Positions 6,890 to 14,224 of a stretch of DNA of 32,000 bases are shown here, piece after piece. The number at the start of each line of letters is the position of its first letter. Position 1 is the first letter of the stretch. The notes under the pieces are model-generated. The model did no database searches and was not told the DNA's origin. It saw only the letters and a list, made by a program, of their open reading frames with translations. The stretch comes from Copranaerobaculum intestinale (lineage in GTDB: Bacteria > Bacillota_I > Bacilli_A > Erysipelotrichales > Erysipelotrichaceae). Location of the stretch: contig NZ_WUUQ01000005.1 of the NCBI RefSeq assembly GCF_009831105.1, positions 1-32,000 on the forward strand, written 5' to 3'. The translations under genes were made by a program, and so were the position numbers.

Positions 6890-8182
6890 ATGAAACAGGA
6901 TATGATTGTAATTTTAGACTTGGGAAGCAGTGAAAACACAAAATTGGCAAGAGAGATTAGAGAATTGGGCGTATACAGTGAAATTTATCCGCATGATATA
7001 ACCAAAAATGAACTTGCTAAATTACCAAATGTAAAAGGTGTTGTTTTATGTGGTGGTGAACATCGCCATGTTGATGGTAAAGATATTGATGTTTCACCAG
7101 AAATTTATGAATTAGGTTTGCCAATGATGGCAATTGATCATGAAGCAGCTGCTATTGATATAAAATACCAGGAATGGCCATCTAAAGATCAATTACAAGC
7201 ATTCGTATTTGATATGTGTAAGGCGGAAGCGAACTGGAATATGAAAAATTTTATCGCTGATCAGATTGAATTAATTAGAAATCAAGTTAAAGATAGTAAA
7301 GTATTGTTAGCACTTTCTGGTGGAGTGGATAGCTCCGTAGTAGCTGCTTTGCTTTTGAAAGCCATTGGTAAACAGCTTGTCTGTGTTCATGTGAATCATG
7401 GATTAATGAGAAAAGGTGAATCTGAAAGTGTTATTGAAGTTTTTAAAAATCAGATGGATGCCAATTTGGTGTATGTTAATGCCAGCTTTCGTTTTTTAGG
7501 AAAATTAGCAGGTGTGTCTGACCCAGAACAGAAACGCAAAATTATCGGCACTGAATTTATTCGTGTTTTTGAAGAAGAAGCACGAAAATTAGAGGGTATT
7601 GATTTCTTAGCACAAGGAACGATTTATCCGGATATTGTGGAAAGCGGTACAAAAACGGCGAAGGTGGTAAAATCACATCATAATGTAGGTGGTTTACCGG
7701 ATGACTTATCCTTTCAATTGGTAGAGCCGCTTCGCCAGTTATTTAAAGATGAAGTGCGCGCTTGTGGAGTAGAATTAGGTTTGCCGTATGACATGGTGTA
7801 TCGGCAGCCATTTCCAGGTCCGGGTTTAGGAGTTCGCTGCTTAGGTGCTATCACTAAGGATCGTTTGGAGGCAGTACGCGAATCTGATGCGATTTTGAGA
7901 GAAGAGTTTGCAAATGCTGGATTAGATAAAAAAGTATGGCAATATTTCACAATCGTACCGGATTTCAAATCAGTTGGAGTAAAGAATAATGCCCGCAGTT
8001 TTGAATATCCTGTAATACTTCGGGCAGTAAATACGGTAGATGCGATGAGTGCATCCGTTGAAGATATTAATTGGCCGACATTACATAAAATTACAGATCG
8101 TATTTTAAAGGAAGTAAAAGGTGTGAATCGTGTTTGTTATGATTTAACACCGAAGCCGTGCGGAACCATTGAGTGGGAATAA
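6890..8182 (+). CDS. guaA: GMP synthase family protein (ATP pyrophosphatase plus dimerisation domains) with a truncated, catalytically dead glutamine amidotransferase domain
   Basis: It has the PP-loop ALSGGVDSSV, then KSHHNVGGLP, LVEPLRQLFKDEVR, RQPFPGPGLGVR and the C-terminal TIEWE, collinear with GuaA. It is only 430 aa versus about 510-525 aa for GuaA. The GICYGMQ Cys motif is replaced by MMAIDHEAA and the HPE region is absent. Confidence 0.85.
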   Translation: MKQDMIVILDLGSSENTKLAREIRELGVYSEIYPHDITKNELAKLPNVKGVVLCGGEHRHVDGKDIDVSPEIYELGLPMMAIDHEAAAIDIKYQEWPSKDQLQAFVFDMCKAEANWNMKNFIADQIELIRNQVKDSKVLLALSGGVDSSVVAALLLKAIGKQLVCVHVNHGLMRKGESESVIEVFKNQMDANLVYVNASFRFLGKLAGVSDPEQKRKIIGTEFIRVFEEEARKLEGIDFLAQGTIYPDIVESGTKTAKVVKSHHNVGGLPDDLSFQLVEPLRQLFKDEVRACGVELGLPYDMVYRQPFPGPGLGVRCLGAITKDRLEAVRESDAILREEFANAGLDKKVWQYFTIVPDFKSVGVKNNARSFEYPVILRAVNTVDAMSASVEDINWPTLHKITDRILKEVKGVNRVCYDLTPKPCGTIEWE

Positions 8183-8227
8183 ATAGTTGAATTAAATAAA
8201 AATTGTAATTGGGATGGAGATGTTAAA

Positions 8228-9067
8228 GTGAATTTTGGGAAAGCTATAGAACTTTTTTGGGTTAATGGTACATCTGATGGAATTGTCACGGCTGAGTTGT
8301 CAAATTGGAATGGTAAGGGTATAAAAATCCCTCGTACTGATTTAATATCGTGTCATCGTGATGATATTCGTGGAATAGGTATTTATTTTCTGTTTTGTCA
8401 AGGAGACGATGGGACAGATTCAGTTTATATTGGTGAAGCAGAAAATATATATGAACGATTATTACAACATCTTCGAGATTATAAAGCTGGTAAAGAAAAA
8501 TATTACTGGAACACAGCTGTAATATTCGTAGGCAGAGATTTAAATAAAGCTTTAATACGATATTTAGAAAACCGGCTTGTGGAAATAGCAGAAGATTGTG
8601 GTAACTTTTTACTTTTAACTAAAAGCACATATAAGCATACGGTCATTAAAGAATCACAAAAAGCAAGTATGGAGGAGTTTATCGATAATATCAAAGTATT
8701 GGTTAAAGCAATGGGTTATAATATTTTAATATCCACGCCTCAACCTACTAATAATACTACCTATCTTTATTGTAAAAGTAATAGTGCAGATGGAAAAGGA
8801 TTTATTAGCGCTGGAGGGTTCACCGTAGTCGCTGGATCAAAAGTGTCAGAAACATTGGCGCCTTCTTTTGCTGATGGTGCCAAATCATATTATGAGTTAC
8901 GAAGGAAGCTAGAACTGGATGGAATTATATCAGGATATTTATTTACTAAAAATTTCGAGTTTAGTGCACCATCGGCAGCTTCTGCTGTTATCCTAGGAAG
9001 AGCTTCTAATGGAAGAAATGATTGGAAGACAGAAGGTGGAGTAAGACTAAATGATTTATTAAATTAG
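8228..9067 (+). CDS. GIY-YIG nuclease family protein with a C-terminal DUF4357-like domain
   Basis: GIYFLF...SVYIGEAENIYERLLQH is the GIY-YIG motif. The C-terminal GFTVVAGSKVS...FSAPSAASAVILGRASNGRNDWK resembles DUF4357. The GTG start follows a GGAG RBS, 45 nt after the guaA-like stop. Confidence 0.75.
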   Translation: MNFGKAIELFWVNGTSDGIVTAELSNWNGKGIKIPRTDLISCHRDDIRGIGIYFLFCQGDDGTDSVYIGEAENIYERLLQHLRDYKAGKEKYYWNTAVIFVGRDLNKALIRYLENRLVEIAEDCGNFLLLTKSTYKHTVIKESQKASMEEFIDNIKVLVKAMGYNILISTPQPTNNTTYLYCKSNSADGKGFISAGGFTVVAGSKVSETLAPSFADGAKSYYELRRKLELDGIISGYLFTKNFEFSAPSAASAVILGRASNGRNDWKTEGGVRLNDLLN

Positions 9068-9469
9068 TTAATTTTAGAGCTATATTGGATTAATACTATG
9101 TCTATTGCAGAAAGAAATATAAATCCATTTTCTTTATAGTTAATTATTTATGTTGTTATAGTGTTAATTAAATTTAAACGATCCTGATTGTTTATTTTTG
9201 ATAACGCAAGGAATACTTAAGATAATGCTTTTGCAAAATATATTTGAAATCTAATCAATATGAAAATTCTATAACTTTATAGGCAATGATAAAATTTTGC
9301 TTTTATAATGAAGATATAATATGTATGTATAGATAATTCATCTAATTTAAATTTTAATATATCAAAAATTAAAATTTATGGATAAAATGATTGATTTATG
9401 TATTTGAGGATAAATTACTTCATCAGAAAGATAAATATATCTGCGAATATTCAACGCAGGAGGACAAAC

Positions 9470-10204
9470 ATGGAAGATTTACACAAAATCGTATTACTCA
9501 TTGATGCAGATAATACCCAACTTAAGAAAATGGAGGCGGTCATCCGCGAAGTGTCAACCCATGGCCGAATCGTTGTGAAACGTGCCTACGGTAATTGGAA
9601 GAAAGATATTCTTAAAAATTGGGAAGATGAATTGAAGCGCTTAGCGATCAAAGCCGAGCAGCAATTTGATTATATATCCGGTAAGAACGCAACCGATATG
9701 GCATTGGTCATTGACACTCTTGATTAACTGCACAGCGGCATTTACGATGCCTTCGTTATTGTCGCGAGTGACAGCGATTATACACCGCTCGCAATCAAGC
9801 TGCATGAATCCGGTGTATTTGTCATGGGAGTTGGAGAAAAGAAAACGCCGGAAGCGTTTCGAAATGCCTGCGATGAATTTATATTCCTGGAGAATCTTGG
9901 TGATAAAGAAAAAATAACCAAAGATATTGTTGTTGAAGCGGACGCGATCGATCAGGATACGAAAGCTCTGGATGAAATCCATGGCTTATTACGCATTGCG
10001 TATGAAACCTATCAGGATGATGAAGGATATGTTTATGTCAGCACAGCCGGAGCTTATATCAAACGAACCAAACCAGATTTTGATTTGCGGACCTTCGGTT
10101 ATTTAAAATTAACCGATTTACTTGCCGCCTTCCCGAAACGATATAAAATGAAAAAGTATGAAGGAAAAGGAATGGTTAATATCCTGGCATATAAATGTTT
10201 ATAA
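9470..10204 (+). pseudogene. NYN (LabA/DUF88) ribonuclease-domain protein with a C-terminal OST-HTH/LOTUS domain, interrupted by one in-frame TAA
   Basis: Track ORFs 9398..9727 and 9824..10204 share a frame. Reading through the TAA at 9725-9727 gives a continuous NYN sequence: IVLLIDADN...GKNATDMALVIDTLD*LHSGIYDAFVIVASDSDYTPLAIKLHESGVFVMGVGEKKTPEAFRNACDEFIF. An AGGAGG RBS precedes the ATG at 9470. Confidence 0.8.
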
Positions 10205-10260
10205 ACTTATAAAAACTTAATCCTATTTATACTATCACGTAATAACTATCTCTTAATATA

Positions 10261-10289
10261 GGATTCATGTTACCACATGATTCCTTTTT
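10261..10289 (+). terminator. Rho-independent terminator after the NYN/LOTUS gene
   Basis: GGATTCATG pairs with CATGATTCC (8 of 9 pairs) around a 6-nt loop, followed by TTTTT. Confidence 0.55.
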
Positions 10290-10305
10290 ATAATACAGCG
10301 AGAAA

Positions 10306-10314
10306 TGCTATAAT
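10306..10314 (+). promoter_or_regulatory. Extended -10 element (TGCTATAAT) upstream of the two-component operon
   Basis: TGCTATAAT lies 33 nt upstream of the ATG at 10347. No clear -35 element was seen. Confidence 0.35.
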
Positions 10315-10346
10315 AGTAGTACTTTACAACGACAAAGAGGGTACAT

Positions 10347-11063
10347 ATGAGAATAGCAATCTGTGATGATGAATCCATTCAGCGTGCATTACTGAAAAAG
10401 ATCACATCCCAATTTTTTGAAAGAGAATCAATTCCTTATGAAATTATGGAATATGAAAGCGCAGAACAGCTGCTTTTTCATCATGAACAAGCAAAGGATA
10501 TCGATATTTTATTGCTGGATATCCAGATGCAGGGAATGAATGGTATGGAGCTTGCCAAACAGCTGCGCCGTAATGGTAATAGAAGTGCTATTATCTTTGT
10601 GACCGGAGATACCGATTTTATTTATGATGGCTTTCATGTCCACGCAATCAATTATCTTTTAAAACCGATAGATGATGAAAAAGTAAACGATTGTCTCTTT
10701 CAGGCAGTTTCCCTTTTGAAAAACGAGAAAGCGTTGCTTCTTCAAATTGATAAGGACATTATCAAGCTGCCCGAAAACGATATAATATGCATTCAGAGTG
10801 ACGGTCATTATCTTCAAATTTATACTGATAAACAATCCTACCGTCTGAAAAAGCGTTTAAAAGATATGGAACAGGAGCTTAGTGCAGGGCAATTTTATCG
10901 CATCAGCAGAAGTGATATTGTGAATTTAGACGCAGTCGCAAGAATCACCTCTAAAGATATCTATTTGATCAATGAAATTCGCATCCCCATTCCCAAAGGG
11001 AAGTACCGTGAAATCAGTGAAGCCTTCATGCAGTACCATTTTCATGGAGGCCCGACAAAATGA
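10347..11063 (+). CDS. LytR/AlgR-family response regulator (receiver plus LytTR DNA-binding domain)
   Basis: The receiver domain reads MRIAICDDE...LLLDIQMQGMNGMELAKQLR...IIFVTG...LLKP. The LytTR C-terminus reads ICIQSDGHYLQIYT...FYRISRSDIVNL. Confidence 0.9.
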   Translation: MRIAICDDESIQRALLKKITSQFFERESIPYEIMEYESAEQLLFHHEQAKDIDILLLDIQMQGMNGMELAKQLRRNGNRSAIIFVTGDTDFIYDGFHVHAINYLLKPIDDEKVNDCLFQAVSLLKNEKALLLQIDKDIIKLPENDIICIQSDGHYLQIYTDKQSYRLKKRLKDMEQELSAGQFYRISRSDIVNLDAVARITSKDIYLINEIRIPIPKGKYREISEAFMQYHFHGGPTK

Positions 11064-12199
11064 TCATTACTACGCTATTTTTTCTTATGTCGACACTGAT
11101 AATTTCCTATTGGATGTTTCCCATTGTGAAAGATAAAATCAGTAAGATTGTATTACTCCTGTTGTTGATTTTCACACTGCTTATCACTTGGCGCTTTCAC
11201 GTTGAGGTCATCGGATGGTTTATCCTGCTATTGCTGACAAATCTCTACTTACTATTTTATATCGAGAATTATGAACATTTTCGGCTTTTCCTTATTCTTG
11301 AATTTTTCATATTCGTTATAACTTTGGGTGGCTCGGCATTACTCTGCTTACCCTTATTTCCGATCTTGTTTTTCACCGCGATGTATTTATTGATGCTGAT
11401 CTTGAAACAGCGGCTAAATTTTATATTGGCAATGAATATCCTTCTGTTCACACTTGTTTTTTACATAGTAAGTTACCATATGCATTCCCAGCTTATGATT
11501 CTTTGCCATTATATTTTTATCATTTTCATTGAGAATATGTATCAATTTTATGTTCAAACACTCGATCGAGATACTGCTGATTTCCAAAATCAAGTCATGT
11601 CTCACCACTACGAAGAAGTGAAGTCGGTGTACTTAAACATGCGCGGCTGGCGCCATGACTACCATAATCATATTCAAACTATGAAGGCCTATCTGCAGTT
11701 AAAGCAGTATACGCAGCTGGAATCGTATCTGAATGAATTAGAAGCTGATTTATCCAGTGTTGATCAGCTGGTAAAGAGCGGTAATCTCATGATGGATGCT
11801 ATCCTGAATTCAAAACTATCGCTTGCCAAAGAACACCAAATTGAAATTCATTGTAAAGCTGTGACTCCGGAATCCTTATGTATTTCTGATATTGATATTT
11901 GTGTTATGATCGGTAACCTCATGGATAACGCGATTGAAGCATGTGATCAGATTCCACCGGATAAGCGCCGTATCCGTGTCTATACCGATATCGTTCATCA
12001 GCAGTTTTACCTTTCCGTTACAAACTCAGCAAATGAAAATATATCGGAAGATCAAAAACGCTATATTAGTGAGAAACGCGGTAATCACGGTCATGGTATG
12101 AAGCGGGTAAAGCTTACTGTAGATAAATATGACGGATACCTGAACCTGAAAAATGAACCGGGAGTTTTTGTCAGCGAATTGATGATCCCCCTGAATTGA
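11060..12199 (+). CDS. Polytopic sensor histidine kinase of the AgrC/ComD-like HPK10 class (GHKL ATPase)
   Basis: There are about 6 N-terminal hydrophobic segments. The H-box is RGWRHDYHNHIQTM, the N-box is GNLMDNAIEA, and the G-box region is GHGMKRV. A 4-nt ATGA overlap links it to the regulator gene. Confidence 0.85.
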   Translation: MIITTLFFLMSTLIISYWMFPIVKDKISKIVLLLLLIFTLLITWRFHVEVIGWFILLLLTNLYLLFYIENYEHFRLFLILEFFIFVITLGGSALLCLPLFPILFFTAMYLLMLILKQRLNFILAMNILLFTLVFYIVSYHMHSQLMILCHYIFIIFIENMYQFYVQTLDRDTADFQNQVMSHHYEEVKSVYLNMRGWRHDYHNHIQTMKAYLQLKQYTQLESYLNELEADLSSVDQLVKSGNLMMDAILNSKLSLAKEHQIEIHCKAVTPESLCISDIDICVMIGNLMDNAIEACDQIPPDKRRIRVYTDIVHQQFYLSVTNSANENISEDQKRYISEKRGNHGHGMKRVKLTVDKYDGYLNLKNEPGVFVSELMIPLN

Positions 12200-12252
12200 C
12201 CGTTTCGTGAACGATTTTCACCTGTTCATGTACTGAAACGGTTCTTTTTTTT
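12199..12252 (+). terminator. Terminator-like hairpin between the kinase and ABC genes
   Basis: ACCGTTTC (12199-12206) pairs with GAAACGGT (12235-12242), with an inner TGAAC/GTTCA stem, followed by TCTTTTTTTT. Confidence 0.5.
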
Positions 12253-12265
12253 AATTCTTGCTATA

Positions 12266-14224
12266 ATGACTTCACAAGGAGGGATTGTTTTGTTAAATCG
12301 TGAAACGGCACGAAAACAATATTCGCTGCCTAATAATATGATGCATGGTCTGCGTGAGATGAAAACGGTTGGTATACGTTATTATGCATATCTGTTTTGT
12401 GATATCATTACCCAGATTGTGATTCCGTTTTTATTGGTGTTGATTCCTGCTGAAGTAGTTCGTATGTTTCAGGAAAAGCGAAATCTACAGGATAGTCTGA
12501 TCATGATTGCCTTATGGATTTTCGGTATATTGATTATGAATCTGATTCGTACCTTCACCCACCAAAAGATTGAAAACATGGCTGCGATTCTTACCGATAC
12601 CCAGTATTGGCGGAAACTGAATCGTGAAATGCTTTCCTGTGATCTGCTGAAAGTGGAAAGCAGCCAGGAGCGTGATATGCTGAATGAAGTCATGAACGCG
12701 CTGTATGGATCAGATGGAATGGGAAACTATTCCGGAGTAATCGGTCTTTATCTGTATAGTATTGCATTGCTTGTCAATATCGGCGGTTTTCTGCTGTATG
12801 GTGCGATTGCCGGCTCTCTGCATCCAATGCTGTTGGCCGTGTTGTTTATTACATCAATCATCAATTGCTTTGCCCAGGCAAGAGCGATCAATTATGAATT
12901 TATGAATATGAAAGCCTTCTGGGAGAATTCCGATCGCTTCTGGTATATAAAAAATGAATCCATAAATACTGAAAAAGCAAAAGATATCCGCATGTATCAT
13001 TTGATTCGCTGGTTTCAAAAAGCGCTTCACCATAATACTGAGGAAGCATCATCCATTTATGATGATGTCATGCAGCACCATTTCTATGCGGACAGTATCG
13101 TTCGATTTACCTCAATCCTGCGTGATGGCTTTGCTTATTTGTTTTTGATTATGCAGCTTGCAGATGGGGTAATGGACGTATCAATGTTTATTATTTATAT
13201 AGGAATTGTTGCAGGATTTGGAAACTGGATCACCAAAATTGTGGAAAGCTATACGTATTTAAAAAAGATCAGCTATGGGATTTCCATGTACCGCAGCTAT
13301 GTCAAAGAAGAAATTTCAGATACAGATACGAAGCCGCAGCCGGTACCGCAGGACTGTCATAAGATCACCTTTTCTGATGTAAGTTTTGGCTATGAACCGG
13401 AACATCTTATTTTTGATCATTTCTCTTTGCAAATACATGCAGGGGAAAAGCTCGCATTGGTCGGTGTGAATGGTGCTGGGAAAACCACGCTGACAAAAAT
13501 GCTGTGCGGCTTATATCCGCTTAAACACGGACAAATCAGCGTGAATGATATAGATATCACGACAATGGATAAGGATGCGTATTTTCGTGCTATTTCTATC
13601 CTTTTTCAGGATGTTCATGTTCTGCCTTTTTCGATTGCTAAGAATGTATCTTGTGCGTGGAATGATGAGGAACAGCAACGGTTGAAAGAAATGTACCAAG
13701 GGCAGGAAATATGTCATGCGTTTGATCAGGTAGACCGATCTGAAATTCATATGAATGAATATGATGAAGAAAAAATCATTCGCTGTTTAAAACAGGTGAA
13801 TCTTTGGGAAAAAGTGTCTCAATTATCAAATGGTATTCATACCGTGCTTACGCAAATTCTCGATCATGAAGGAGTTAATTTATCCGGAGGTCAAATTCAG
13901 CGTTTGATGCTGGCTCGGGCACTTTATAAAGAAGCGCCGATTTTGATCTTGGATGAACCTACCTCGGCATTGGATCCGATTGCAGAAAGTGAGCTGTATC
14001 AGGAATATGCTAAATTATGTGAAAATAAGATATCGATCTTTATCTCACATCGTTTGAGTTCTACACGATTCTGTGACCGCATTTTATTTTTGGAGAATGG
14101 AAAAATCGTGGAGCAGGGCACGCATGATGAGCTGATGGCATTTCATGGACACTATGCGAAAATGTATCAGATTCAAGCGCACTACTATCAAAAGGAGGTG
14201 GAGAAGCATGAAGCGGGTATATAA
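12266..14224 (+). CDS. ABC exporter, fused permease/ATPase half-transporter (MsbA/MdlB-like). The likely start is the TTG at 12290.
   Basis: It has an N-terminal TMD, Walker A GVNGAGKTT, signature LSGGQIQRL, Walker B ILILDEPTS and H-loop ISHRL. A GGAGGG RBS sits 7 nt before the TTG at 12290. Confidence 0.9.
   Translation: MTSQGGIVLLNRETARKQYSLPNNMMHGLREMKTVGIRYYAYLFCDIITQIVIPFLLVLIPAEVVRMFQEKRNLQDSLIMIALWIFGILIMNLIRTFTHQKIENMAAILTDTQYWRKLNREMLSCDLLKVESSQERDMLNEVMNALYGSDGMGNYSGVIGLYLYSIALLVNIGGFLLYGAIAGSLHPMLLAVLFITSIINCFAQARAINYEFMNMKAFWENSDRFWYIKNESINTEKAKDIRMYHLIRWFQKALHHNTEEASSIYDDVMQHHFYADSIVRFTSILRDGFAYLFLIMQLADGVMDVSMFIIYIGIVAGFGNWITKIVESYTYLKKISYGISMYRSYVKEEISDTDTKPQPVPQDCHKITFSDVSFGYEPEHLIFDHFSLQIHAGEKLALVGVNGAGKTTLTKMLCGLYPLKHGQISVNDIDITTMDKDAYFRAISILFQDVHVLPFSIAKNVSCAWNDEEQQRLKEMYQGQEICHAFDQVDRSEIHMNEYDEEKIIRCLKQVNLWEKVSQLSNGIHTVLTQILDHEGVNLSGGQIQRLMLARALYKEAPILILDEPTSALDPIAESELYQEYAKLCENKISIFISHRLSSTRFCDRILFLENGKIVEQGTHDELMAFHGHYAKMYQIQAHYYQKEVEKHEAGI

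Noticed and set aside
9725-9727. Stop-codon reassignment or programmed readthrough at the TAA inside the NYN gene
   Set aside because: TAA terminates several well-supported genes in this window, including the guaA-like gene, pepT and the tex-like gene. No recoding signal is evident, so a simple nonsense mutation or sequencing error is more parsimonious.
9641-9982. Track ORFs 9641..9982 (minus) and 9666..9917 (plus)
   Set aside because: They overlap the NYN/LOTUS reading frame, which has clear domain similarity on both sides of the stop. They have no motifs of their own.
10347-12199. agrBD-like or bacteriocin precursor genes beside the LytTR system
   Set aside because: I looked in the flanking intergenic regions for small ORFs with double-glycine leaders or an AgrB-like membrane protein and found none. 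This is reported as an absence, not as a feature.
12266-12289. ATG at 12266 as the start of the first ABC gene
   Set aside because: That ATG is embedded in the TATAAT -10-like element and has no RBS. The TTG at 12290 follows GGAGGG at optimal spacing. I kept the track coordinate in the feature and flagged the likely start there.
14145-14207. Upstream extension of the second ABC gene (track start 14145)
   Set aside because: It overlaps 80 nt of the first ABC gene. The ATG at 14208 has a strong AAAGGAGGTG RBS and gives a normal N-terminus (MKRVYKTLKEMF).
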